Shown: piece after piece, positions 18,546 through 27,817 of the stretch
Layout: each line of letters opens with the position of its first letter
How positions within the stretch are numbered: the first letter of the stretch is position 1
IMG/VR virus record: IMGVR_UViG_3300021425_000024
DNA: 64,000 bases
From: an uncultured virus (IMG/VR IMGVR_UViG_3300021425_000024)
Lineage: Duplodnaviria; Heunggongvirae; Uroviricota; Caudoviricetes
Reading direction: 5' to 3' (one strand)
Notes under the pieces: model-generated
Database searches by the model: none
Told to the model about the DNA's origin: nothing
Seen by the model: the letters and a program-made list of their open reading frames with translations, nothing else
Made by a program: the position numbers and the translations under genes

Positions 18546-18995
18546 TTATGTGTTGGATTGTTTTGCCTGGATGTGATGTTCTAGCAATGCCTGTTTGAGT
18601 TTGTCTGATCCTCCCACTCTAACATTTATGATTCCATTATAGTAATCATCTGTTTCGAGTACCCTACGATCAAATTGCTCTCGTGCCTCTATATAGGACA
18701 TTTCGCCCCTACCTTTACATAGGTATAGTATTTCTCTTGTGAAGTTCTTTTCGCCTAATTCTGCTACATCTGCGTTTAGTCTATCACTGGATCCCCAGTA
18801 AGTTTGCCAATCGCTTTCTTTGTAGCCGCGTCTTTTATTTTTTCTGCCTTTGAGAGGTGGTTTAGTAGTTTTAAATTTGGCTAATTTTTTGCCTATGTAT
18901 TTTTGCCCTGTTTTTTTATTAGTGATTAGATATACAAAGCCTTCGTACTCATCGGGTATTTCTGTAATTTTTTTTCCTTTGTATGTCCAGCTCAT
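18546..18995 (-). CDS. Small GIY-YIG family endonuclease
   Basis: GFVYLITN..GQKYIG motif, YWGSS, conserved E (EAREQF) and YYN; basic insertion KPPLKGRKNKRR. Confidence 0.8.
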   Translation of the reverse strand: MSWTYKGKKITEIPDEYEGFVYLITNKKTGQKYIGKKLAKFKTTKPPLKGRKNKRRGYKESDWQTYWGSSDRLNADVAELGEKNFTREILYLCKGRGEMSYIEAREQFDRRVLETDDYYNGIINVRVGGSDKLKQALLEHHIQAKQSNT

Positions 18996-19029
18996 GTAGG
19001 TACTTACCGAGTACTCATTATGGTCTAGA

Positions 19030-19221
19030 CTAGTTCTGAGTTTTGCCTTTATGTTTTTCGTGTATTTCGTCCATTCGTTGTTTTGCTAGTGCTCGCAACT
19101 GTCTTAATGCACGTCTTGCACTAGCATGAGTTCGAACAGAGTTACGTGCTTCAAACTTTTCATTTTGATCAAAGTAATCGAGATATGCTTTGATTAATTT
19201 ATCGTGTGTATCGTCCATCAT
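19030..19221 (-). CDS. Small hypothetical protein
   Basis: 63 aa, overlaps the gp46 stop (translational coupling). Confidence 0.6.
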   Translation of the reverse strand: MMDDTHDKLIKAYLDYFDQNEKFEARNSVRTHASARRALRQLRALAKQRMDEIHEKHKGKTQN

Positions 19222-20990
19222 TCTACTACATCAATGTCGTTCTCATAACTTGTGAAACCATTTTCTTTTACAACTTTAAGAACGTTGTTAACTCTACCAA
19301 TTAGTTCATCTTTGTGCGATATCAAGTAGATGTTTTTATCACGCTCTCTACCCATCTTTTTAAGTACAGCAAGACTGTTTTCAACACCATTACTATCCAT
19401 ACCGCTATCTATAAGTTCGTCAATAAAAAGTAAGTTTACATTTTGATACAAACTTTCCCAAACGTCTCTAAATGCAAAACTCATACCAAGTATAAGTCTA
19501 TTACGTTCACCTCTTGACAAATTATCAAAATCTAAATCTTGTCCTAATTGTGTAATTTCTACAGTTAGGTCATTTAAGAATGTTACACTATGCGGTAAGC
19601 CTAGTTTGTCAAGATAGTATGTAAGTCTGTTGTTTAGATATGCTAAGTTTTGATCTATAATTTTTTTACGTATAAAACTATCTTTGTTTGTTAGCAATTT
19701 AAGTAAAAACTCTTGATGTTCTTTAAGAGATGTAAGTGTGTTTACTTGTTCCCAGTTAATTTCTTGCTTTGCACTATTTTCTAAATCGTCAATTTGTGCT
19801 TGATAAGGGTCTTCTTCATCTTTCTTAGATGCCCATGCTTGTTTTAAACCTTCAACATTTTGCCTATGTTCGTATGCTTCTTTAGATGTTTCATAGAATG
19901 TGTTAGGTTTACCATTAATGTCACCAATTTCACTCAGTGCTTCTGCAACACCTGTAACTTTTTCTTGAATCTCTGATTGATACAATAAAGCATCTTCTAG
20001 TTCTTTGTTTTTGCGTTCTGCAATCTCTGCTTTTTTATCATCAGGAAGGTCTTGTCCGCATGAGTGACATGTACCTTGATCTAAATTATCGGCGTCTTTT
20101 TTTGCTTTTTCTACAGCTCTATCGGCACGTAATAGTGCAGGCTCTAATGTGCTTAATTCTTTTCTAAGAGCCAAAATAGCATTGTTGTGCTCGGACCAAT
20201 TTGTTAATTTTTCGTGTGCTTCTAGTTCAGCATCAATGTCTAAATGTTCAAATTCGTCGATTGCTTCTTTTAGTTTTATAACGTCTGTAGTGCGTTTGCT
20301 AAGCCATGCTTTTTGCTTACTTTGCAAACTTACAATAGTTTCGTCAATTTTTTCATTTGCGGTTTGCAATGCATTAATACGCATTGTTTCTTGACTTAGA
20401 TTGTCTTTAGTAACTTTTATATCTTCTTTAAGAATATCTGCTTTTTCAGATAGTATCGTAATACCTAAAAGTTGTTCAATGATATCTCGTTGATCATTTA
20501 CACGCATGCTTAGGAATGGTTCTGTGTACGTGTTTAACGCAACAACATGTTTGAACATGTTGTGACTCATTCCTAAAAGTGTGTCAATTGCTTCTTGTGT
20601 CTTACGACTATCACCTTGACTTTCATCTACGTCAACTTGTTCTTCATTGTTAATGTAGAACTTTAATATATTTGGAGATCTACCACGTTCAATGCGATAC
20701 TGAAGATTATCCTTCTCAAAAGAAAGTGTAACCAACATACCTTTTGAATTAGTTTTGTTGATTAGATTGTTCTTTCTAATGTTTGTTAGTGCATTTCCGT
20801 AGAGTGCATAACTTAATGCATTGATGATTGTAGTTTTACCAGTACCGTTACGTGAGCCAGAATCGTCACCTCCTTGATCTAAGTTTTCGCCTAGTACTAG
20901 TGTTAGTTGTTGTTTGTCGAAATCTACAGCCTGTGTCTGATTTCCAACACTCATAAAATTTCTTACTGTAAGGTCTTTAATTTTAATCAT
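19218..20990 (-). CDS. gp46: Recombination endonuclease ATPase subunit (gp46, Rad50/SbcC-like)
   Basis: Walker A NGTGKTT, zinc hook CHSC, signature LSRGE, Walker B LFIDE, ISH. Confidence 0.95.
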   Translation of the reverse strand: MIKIKDLTVRNFMSVGNQTQAVDFDKQQLTLVLGENLDQGGDDSGSRNGTGKTTIINALSYALYGNALTNIRKNNLINKTNSKGMLVTLSFEKDNLQYRIERGRSPNILKFYINNEEQVDVDESQGDSRKTQEAIDTLLGMSHNMFKHVVALNTYTEPFLSMRVNDQRDIIEQLLGITILSEKADILKEDIKVTKDNLSQETMRINALQTANEKIDETIVSLQSKQKAWLSKRTTDVIKLKEAIDEFEHLDIDAELEAHEKLTNWSEHNNAILALRKELSTLEPALLRADRAVEKAKKDADNLDQGTCHSCGQDLPDDKKAEIAERKNKELEDALLYQSEIQEKVTGVAEALSEIGDINGKPNTFYETSKEAYEHRQNVEGLKQAWASKKDEEDPYQAQIDDLENSAKQEINWEQVNTLTSLKEHQEFLLKLLTNKDSFIRKKIIDQNLAYLNNRLTYYLDKLGLPHSVTFLNDLTVEITQLGQDLDFDNLSRGERNRLILGMSFAFRDVWESLYQNVNLLFIDELIDSGMDSNGVENSLAVLKKMGRERDKNIYLISHKDELIGRVNNVLKVVKENGFTSYENDIDVVE

Positions 20991-22005
20991 GCGCCAACCC
21001 GTTATAAATCTCCAAAAGTTTTACCTTATCAAAGGATTCTGTATCAAGTTCCGATATTTCACCTGCAACAATTTGATCAACACTAATGAATGTGCTAATG
21101 TCTAAGTCTGTTGAAATTTCCTCAATTTGTGATTGCGGAATAAGTGTAATTTCTCTGCACCTGTATTGATTAATAAATGTTTCTTTAATAAAACTTGCTT
21201 CTTCATAACTTATATCAATATCAAGTTCTACACGCAGATACATTTTGCTTTTGATAAGGGTGTCTTGTTCATCAATTAGTTTTGATAATTTTACAGTCCT
21301 GTACTTAGGACAATCTGGCCAATCAATGTATTCTGGTTCCTTGTCATTCTCTCTATCAAGAATCATCATACCACGCTCGTCATCCCAAGCGTCAGCATAG
21401 TTGTGAGGAAACGCATTACCAATGTAATGTATTTTTCCTTGTTTTTGTCTTTTGTGGAAATGTCCACTAAACACATAGTCTTGATTTTCGAAATGTTGTT
21501 TGTTAAGATCGCCTCCGTGATCGGGCATCTTAACCATTGCATTCATATAAAAACTAGGAAGTTCAAAGTGACCAAACATATACTTGGCTTTACACTTTTG
21601 TATTTTCTTCCATTCGTCGCCTACTAACCATGGTACAAGGCAAACGTCATCTTCTACTAGCATTTCGTCAACAAACGTAATACCAGGAATGTGTTTTGCA
21701 AATGCTGTTGAATTTACATCTCTTTTGTCTTTATAATATAAATCGTGGTTACCGTCAAAGAAGTAAAATTTTTCAAATGCGTTACCTAACTTTTCCATAG
21801 AACGTATAGTTGCGTCCATAGTCGTAAGGTTAAGGCTATTCCTATTGTGATGCCAGTCACCACAGAATATGCCTGTTTCACAGTTATTCTTCTTTGCTGT
21901 GTCGATAAACCAGTCTATAAATTCTTCACAGTCATCATTATGGATGCGTGAATTACTCTTTAGACCAAAATGGATATCGGTAAAGACAGCGGCTTTTTTA
22001 AACAA
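20983..22005 (-). CDS. gp47: Recombination endonuclease nuclease subunit (gp47, Mre11/SbcD-like)
   Basis: TDIHFG, GDWHH, GNHD, GHFH metallophosphoesterase motifs; TTG start with SD GGAGG. Confidence 0.95.
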   Translation of the reverse strand: MFKKAAVFTDIHFGLKSNSRIHNDDCEEFIDWFIDTAKKNNCETGIFCGDWHHNRNSLNLTTMDATIRSMEKLGNAFEKFYFFDGNHDLYYKDKRDVNSTAFAKHIPGITFVDEMLVEDDVCLVPWLVGDEWKKIQKCKAKYMFGHFELPSFYMNAMVKMPDHGGDLNKQHFENQDYVFSGHFHKRQKQGKIHYIGNAFPHNYADAWDDERGMMILDRENDKEPEYIDWPDCPKYRTVKLSKLIDEQDTLIKSKMYLRVELDIDISYEEASFIKETFINQYRCREITLIPQSQIEEISTDLDISTFISVDQIVAGEISELDTESFDKVKLLEIYNGLAHD

Positions 22006-22036
22006 AGTCAGTCCTCCATAAGGCTTTTATGTTAGT

Positions 22037-22065
22037 ATTGTACATACAAAACTAAGTGTTGTCAA
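22037..22065 (-). promoter_or_regulatory. Sigma70-type promoter TTGACA-17-TACAAT for gp47-gp46
   Basis: Read directly on the minus strand; 17-bp spacer. Confidence 0.8.
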
Positions 22066-22915
22066 CCGATTTTTTATCTTTATGGATAGAAAAACTGGCT
22101 TGCTCGTTACGTTTTACACTTGCTTCCCACTCGCCTTGTGCTTGTCGAGTATAGGAAGGATTCAAGTCGTTCATTTCTAAAATGTCGTCTCTAATGTTTT
22201 GATTACGCTTTTCGATGTTAATAACACGAACAAATGAATTAGTAACAGCAGCGGTATAGTAAGCAAAAGGATTATTACTTTTAGATTCATCGAATTGTAG
22301 TCCAATCTGTGCAAGTTGTAGTATTGCTTGTCCTTTCATTTCATCATTGTAAGTATAGCCACGTACATTACCTCGTGTAGCATAACGATCTACTAATTTT
22401 AACCACATAGTAGCAAGTGTATTTGTTGCTTTACCATGACTTTTGTCAAAGTAACCGTTTTCCATACCGCCAACCCAATGGCTTTTGCCTACGCAGACTA
22501 AATCGTCGCTTGTCTCTGTATACTTAAAATGTTGAAATGGTGGAAAGTTTAATTTAACTTTTGTATCCGCTATTGTTTTTGGATTCTTTTTACGTCCTAC
22601 TTCTTCCGGAATGTGGTCAAAAGTCATAACTCTAAAAATAAGTTCTTCTTTTGTGATCTTTTTCCAGTCAACTTCACAATCTGCTTGTTTGACTTTTTCA
22701 CCTGCCATTTTACGTCTTTCGTACTCGGCTGTGCTTAGTCTTTTTGCTTTTGCTCTTTTTGCTTCAGCAACCGTTAATCTGTTAATTTTATTAATATCTG
22801 TAACTATCAAATCAAACTGATGATATGACGGATCTACATAACTATTAAAAGTGTTCTTAGATTTATGGATTTCTGATAATATGTCCTTATTGTTAAGGTA
22901 ATTTCGTTTTCTCAA
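22052..22915 (-). CDS. gp55: Late-transcription sigma factor (T4 gp55-like)
   Basis: NYLNNKD, RGYTYNDEM, FDESKSNNPFAYYT..NSFVRVINIEK motifs; T4 synteny with gp47/gp46; TTG start. Confidence 0.85.
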   Translation of the reverse strand: MRKRNYLNNKDILSEIHKSKNTFNSYVDPSYHQFDLIVTDINKINRLTVAEAKRAKAKRLSTAEYERRKMAGEKVKQADCEVDWKKITKEELIFRVMTFDHIPEEVGRKKNPKTIADTKVKLNFPPFQHFKYTETSDDLVCVGKSHWVGGMENGYFDKSHGKATNTLATMWLKLVDRYATRGNVRGYTYNDEMKGQAILQLAQIGLQFDESKSNNPFAYYTAAVTNSFVRVINIEKRNQNIRDDILEMNDLNPSYTRQAQGEWEASVKRNEQASFSIHKDKKSVDNT

Positions 22916-22941
22916 TGATATTCTCCAAGTTATTAAACACT

Positions 22942-22970
22942 ATTATAAACTACATACTTAATTATGTCAA
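22942..22970 (-). promoter_or_regulatory. Perfect sigma70 promoter TTGACA-17-TATAAT driving gp55
   Basis: ttgaca taattaagtatgtagtt tataat on the minus strand. Confidence 0.85.
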
Positions 22971-22977
22971 CTAAATA
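22971..22977 (+). promoter_or_regulatory. Putative late promoter (CTAAATA) for the baseplate operon
   Basis: TAAATA motif ~20 nt upstream of the 22998 start. Confidence 0.6.
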
Positions 22978-22997
22978 ATGTATATAGGAGATGTGAA

Positions 22998-23888
22998 ATG
23001 GCAACAAACCCATTCGACAGCGTTGGCAAGGCTGTAAAGACACAAGCAAACAGGGCACTTTCAGCACTAGAACAAGGTGCAGAAGCCTCAGTACAGCAAT
23101 TTATAGGAGACAAACTCAACACAGGTGTTGGCTTTATTGATAATGCTATCAAAGATGTAGCTGCATATGCATTTGGTGCAACAGGATTTGCTAAACTTGC
23201 AAGAAGTATAAATTTGCCAACAGGTGACAAAGGAAAAATTAAATCTAATGTTGCATCTAGTTTTAAATCAACAGCAAAGGATGCAGATTGGCGTGTAAAA
23301 CTAAGTTTGCCAAAATCACCAGACGTAACTAGTGCAAAGTTACTTTCACCGTTGTCTGCAACTAACGGATTATGCTTTCCATTAACTCCTACAATTATTG
23401 TAAGTCACAGTGCAAACTATAATACGTTGCAACCGGTGCATACAAACTATCCATTTCAAATTTACGAAAATAGTGCAGCAGATGATATTGTTATTACAGG
23501 TGAATTTCCTGTAGAAAATCCAGATGAAGGAAAATACTGGATTGCCTGCATACATTATTTAAGAACAGTTACAAAAATGTTTTATGGTGAAGGCTCAGAA
23601 AGTGCAGGAGCACCACCCCCTGTAGTAAGACTAAACGGTTACGGCGATTATATTTTTAATAATGTGCCTGTAGTAGTTTCAAACTTTACAGTTGACCTAC
23701 CAGCAGACGTGGACTATATTGCATGCGGACTTACAGATGATGAAAAAGGGTCTACAAGTTGGGCACCTACAAACTCTCAAATTAGTATTACGCTCAAACC
23801 TACATTTTCAAGAAGAAGAACAAGCGAATTTAATTTACAAAATTTTGTTAACGGTGATTATATCGGTGGCAACGAGGGCTTTATTTAA
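22998..23888 (+). CDS. Baseplate tail-tube cap/initiator (gp48/gp54-like)
   Basis: FPLTPTI, GAPPPVVRLNGYG, VPVVVSNFTV motifs; first gene of the baseplate operon. Confidence 0.6.
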   Translation: MATNPFDSVGKAVKTQANRALSALEQGAEASVQQFIGDKLNTGVGFIDNAIKDVAAYAFGATGFAKLARSINLPTGDKGKIKSNVASSFKSTAKDADWRVKLSLPKSPDVTSAKLLSPLSATNGLCFPLTPTIIVSHSANYNTLQPVHTNYPFQIYENSAADDIVITGEFPVENPDEGKYWIACIHYLRTVTKMFYGEGSESAGAPPPVVRLNGYGDYIFNNVPVVVSNFTVDLPADVDYIACGLTDDEKGSTSWAPTNSQISITLKPTFSRRRTSEFNLQNFVNGDYIGGNEGFI

Positions 23889-24190
23889 TGGCAAATTACA
23901 AATCATCAAGTCCTTGGCATAAAACACAATACACTAGAACAGGTGCTTTGGATATACTAAGAATACGTCCTATTCCGTCATCATCTGACGATGCACAATA
24001 TACAATTGAAACGCAATATACTCATAGACCAGATTTATTAGCATACGATCTATATGGAACACCAAAGTTGTGGTGGGTATTTGCACAAAGAAATATCAAC
24101 ACTATAAAAGATCCTGTTTTTGACATAGTAGCAGGAACTACAATATATTTGCCAAACGCAGACAAACTAAAAAGAGCTTTAGGGATATAA
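23888..24190 (+). CDS. gp53: Baseplate wedge protein (gp53-like, LysM-like)
   Basis: RPDLLAYDLYGTPKLWWVFAQRN motif. Confidence 0.8.
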   Translation: MANYKSSSPWHKTQYTRTGALDILRIRPIPSSSDDAQYTIETQYTHRPDLLAYDLYGTPKLWWVFAQRNINTIKDPVFDIVAGTTIYLPNADKLKRALGI

Positions 24191-27100
24191 ATGATCGATC
24201 CAAAAAAGATAATCGAAAACAAGGCACAGACACTTGCTAACAATTTTAGCGACCCGTTAGAAAACATAAGTGCAACTGAAGTTTTTGGTGACATAAAAAA
24301 TGTTACAAGTCAAGTTTTTGATGCTTCTGGAGCAATGTCTGTTATGCCTAATCAATTTTCGAAAGCAGACATAGCAGGCCTTGAAACTGCCGCTAGAAAT
24401 TTAGGACAAAAAATTCCTGCACTGGCAGACGTTGAAGATATAAATGCAATATTTCCTCCAAGCCTAAATCAGTTTGCAAACGGCTTTGGTGCATCAGCGG
24501 CAAGCAAAGCAGAATCATTAGTAGAACAAGTTGTACCAGCAATAAAAGGAATGAGCGTAGATGATATTAACAGTTATGTAACTGATGCACTTGATCAAGT
24601 TGGCAATGGTATTGTAAGTTCTGTAGAAGAAGAAGTTGAAAAGTTTCAAGAAAAACATAAAGACACAGCTAGAGGGCAAAAAAGTGATCCTGAAGTAGAG
24701 CCTAAGGCTCCTGGCGTAACATTAAAAAACCCTTTAAGATCGTTTAATAGTTACAATGCTGTTTTTACACTAGGTGTGCTAACAGCAGATAGTGCAAACA
24801 ATCCTAGTCAAACATATATTCCTAATGGTGCAGACTTTACAATTCTACGTAGCGGCGGCGGCGGCATTGACAATAAACGTATACAATCAATTTACGACAC
24901 TGTTGGAGACGAAAGCGGAAATACAGAATATTTTATAGATGATTTTGACATGAGTGCTGTTGTTGCTTCTAATGGTAAAACAGGTGCAACACAAGCAATT
25001 AATTTTAGTTTCTCAGTAAAAGAACCTTACTCAATGGGTGTATTTTTACAAGCATTACAAGCGGCGGCTTTTGATGCAGGATTTGAAAACTATTTACAAG
25101 CACCATATTTGTTAGAACTTGATTTTGTAGGCTGGAACGACGAAGGCGGAAAACCAGTAGCATATAGTAATAGAAAACTTCCATTTAAACTAACAACAAT
25201 TGAATTTGATGTAGAGTCAGGCGGAAGCACATATCAGGTACAATGTATACCTTGGAATGAACAGTCATTTTCAAACGATGTCCAAGAGTTACAAGACACT
25301 ATTAGTATAACTGGTAGAGACATGGTTGAAATATTATCAGTAGGTGAACAAAGTTTGACTACAGTTATTAATGATAAGTTGCAACACATTGCAGATGAAT
25401 CATGTCAACCAGCAACAGACTATTATCTTATTAGATTTCCAACAACTAGAGAAGGCGATATAGAAACAAGTTATTTAAGAGAAGCAGGACTTACTAACCA
25501 AGCAACAACAACAGACAGTGAAGCACAAGCATCACGTAAAGGTGACCAAGCCGCAGAAGTTGAAGAATCAGGAGTTACAGCATTTTTTAAACGTTTAGGA
25601 GTAGACACAAGTAGTAGTGCATTATTACAAACTTTAAAAGGAGACTCTATTCAAAATCTTAACAAGATAGGTGCAAGTCTAATGATATCAGACTTCCAAG
25701 AAGGTGGAGATAATCCTTTTGGACTAGGACTGTATGCATATGATTCAGAAACAAATGTTTACAAACGAAATGGTGTAGAACTTACAATGAGTGATGAATT
25801 AAGAACATTCAAATTTACTCAAGGAACACCAATTACAAAAGTTATTGAAGAACTTGTACTTGTAAGCGAATACGGTAGAACAGCACTTAATAGAGTAGAT
25901 AGCAAAGGTGAAATAGAATGGTTTAGAATTGAGTCTAAATGTTACATTATAGATGATAGAGAATATGAAAATGCAACCGGCGAAACACCTAAAATTTATG
26001 TTTATGATGTTGTACCTTATAAAGTAGACGCTAGTAGATTTAGTGCGCCTAATCAGGCAAATGCAGGACTGATACAAAAAGCAAAACACACTGTAAAAAC
26101 ATACAACTATATCTACAGTGGTACAAACGAAGATGTATTAGGGTTTGATATAAAATTTAATGCGGCATTCTTCCAAGCAATACGAATGGACATGGGACAA
26201 CTTTCTGCAAGTGATGTAGTTAACGATAGAGAAAAACAAACTACAACGCCGAGACACCCAACACTTGGTCCACCTAGAGACGGAAACGGGTTACCGGAAG
26301 GTAGAACTAGGTCAGTTATGAAAACTGGTAATTTTAACGGTGGTAGTTATAATAAACAGTACGGTGAAGAACTTGCTAAGATGTTCCACAATGCACTTAT
26401 TAACAGTAAAGTTGATTTAATTACAGCAGAACTTGAAATCTGGGGTGATCCGTATTTTATACCAGACAGTGGTGTAGGAAACTTTACATCACCAAGAGGC
26501 GGCTCAAAAAATATTACAGCAGGTGGCGCATTAGATCATCAACGTAATGAAATAGATGTTGTTGTTAATTTTAGAACTCCAGTAGATTATAATCAAGATG
26601 GCACAATGTTGTTTCCGGGAGCAACTGTTGCGGTAGACAGTTTTAGTGGTGTATATCAAGTTGTACAAGTTAACAGCAGAATTAGCGGAAATAGATTTAC
26701 ACAAACTTTAGAATTAGTAAGACGCCGAAATCAAAGTACAGAAGGTATAAGTGAAGCAAAAGCACTAGTTGAAAAACCAGGATGTGCAGGCGTTAATCCA
26801 AATCCAGGTTATGATGGAGAAGTTGTAGGTAGTGATCCTAACGAGGATACTACAACACAGCCTAGTGAAATTGTTTCACCATATGGATCAAATGGCGAAC
26901 TTGCTACAATACGTTCTAAAAACGGTAAGACAACACAGGTAGCAAAAGTTTATCAAGAACAGTTCCAAGCACTTATAGACGAATTAGAAAACGACTTAGG
27001 ATATGAAGTGCGTACACTAGGTGGATATGTACAACGAACATCAAGAGGCTCTAGTAAGCCTAGTTATCATGCAAGCGGTTTAGCAATAGATATTAACGCG

Positions 27101-27817
27101 GCACAAAATCCAATGGTTAGACCAAGACCTGATGATGCACCTGAGCCTACAGACATGCCTGAAGGCGGAACCGGAAGTGCAATTAGTGCTATAGCAGCCA
27201 AACACGGATTAGGTTGGGGCGGCGATTGGAATAGCGCAACAGATGCTATGCATTTTAGTGCAGCTAAAAGTGAAGGCGGTGCATTAGATTGGCCTAGAAA
27301 CGGATTAATTCCAGGAGGCGAACCTCCACCACAACCAGCAGAACAACCTAGTACAGAAACTACAAGAGAGCCTGAGCAAAATACTGAAACTTCAGAAGTT
27401 GTCGACGAAACAGGCAACGTACAAAATGTACGTCCAAGGCCAAGTGGTCAAATGTCTAGATCATGGGATAGAGCATACGGTAATACACACAATAGAGATG
27501 GCACACCTAAACAGAGTTATGTAGTATCTTTAGCGGCTGCTAATAATCCAGTAAGTGGCGTAAATGCTGTGACACGACAAGAAATTTTCCAGTCAAGTCA
27601 GTTTGGAGAATCAACTCTTAGGCCGTATTTCCCAACCGAAGCACGTGACGATTTATATGATGTACGTGCTGGAGACAAAATTAGAGCTATTGCTAATTTT
27701 TATACAAACCAAGGTGTAGAAACATCTAGTCCAGTAACAAGGACACAATCCGGTATCACATATAACGAGTTTGGAGATCCGGTATATACTGGTAGCGGAG
27801 GCACGACAGCAGTATAA
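24191..27817 (+). CDS. Baseplate hub (gp27-like) fused to an M15-family peptidoglycan peptidase
   Basis: Hub-like LEIWGDPYF..FSGVYQVVQVNSRISGNRFTQTLEL; C-terminal SYHASGLAIDIN..WGGDW..DAMHF (M15 zinc motifs). Confidence 0.7.
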   Translation: MIDPKKIIENKAQTLANNFSDPLENISATEVFGDIKNVTSQVFDASGAMSVMPNQFSKADIAGLETAARNLGQKIPALADVEDINAIFPPSLNQFANGFGASAASKAESLVEQVVPAIKGMSVDDINSYVTDALDQVGNGIVSSVEEEVEKFQEKHKDTARGQKSDPEVEPKAPGVTLKNPLRSFNSYNAVFTLGVLTADSANNPSQTYIPNGADFTILRSGGGGIDNKRIQSIYDTVGDESGNTEYFIDDFDMSAVVASNGKTGATQAINFSFSVKEPYSMGVFLQALQAAAFDAGFENYLQAPYLLELDFVGWNDEGGKPVAYSNRKLPFKLTTIEFDVESGGSTYQVQCIPWNEQSFSNDVQELQDTISITGRDMVEILSVGEQSLTTVINDKLQHIADESCQPATDYYLIRFPTTREGDIETSYLREAGLTNQATTTDSEAQASRKGDQAAEVEESGVTAFFKRLGVDTSSSALLQTLKGDSIQNLNKIGASLMISDFQEGGDNPFGLGLYAYDSETNVYKRNGVELTMSDELRTFKFTQGTPITKVIEELVLVSEYGRTALNRVDSKGEIEWFRIESKCYIIDDREYENATGETPKIYVYDVVPYKVDASRFSAPNQANAGLIQKAKHTVKTYNYIYSGTNEDVLGFDIKFNAAFFQAIRMDMGQLSASDVVNDREKQTTTPRHPTLGPPRDGNGLPEGRTRSVMKTGNFNGGSYNKQYGEELAKMFHNALINSKVDLITAELEIWGDPYFIPDSGVGNFTSPRGGSKNITAGGALDHQRNEIDVVVNFRTPVDYNQDGTMLFPGATVAVDSFSGVYQVVQVNSRISGNRFTQTLELVRRRNQSTEGISEAKALVEKPGCAGVNPNPGYDGEVVGSDPNEDTTTQPSEIVSPYGSNGELATIRSKNGKTTQVAKVYQEQFQALIDELENDLGYEVRTLGGYVQRTSRGSSKPSYHASGLAIDINAAQNPMVRPRPDDAPEPTDMPEGGTGSAISAIAAKHGLGWGGDWNSATDAMHFSAAKSEGGALDWPRNGLIPGGEPPPQPAEQPSTETTREPEQNTETSEVVDETGNVQNVRPRPSGQMSRSWDRAYGNTHNRDGTPKQSYVVSLAAANNPVSGVNAVTRQEIFQSSQFGESTLRPYFPTEARDDLYDVRAGDKIRAIANFYTNQGVETSSPVTRTQSGITYNEFGDPVYTGSGGTTAV

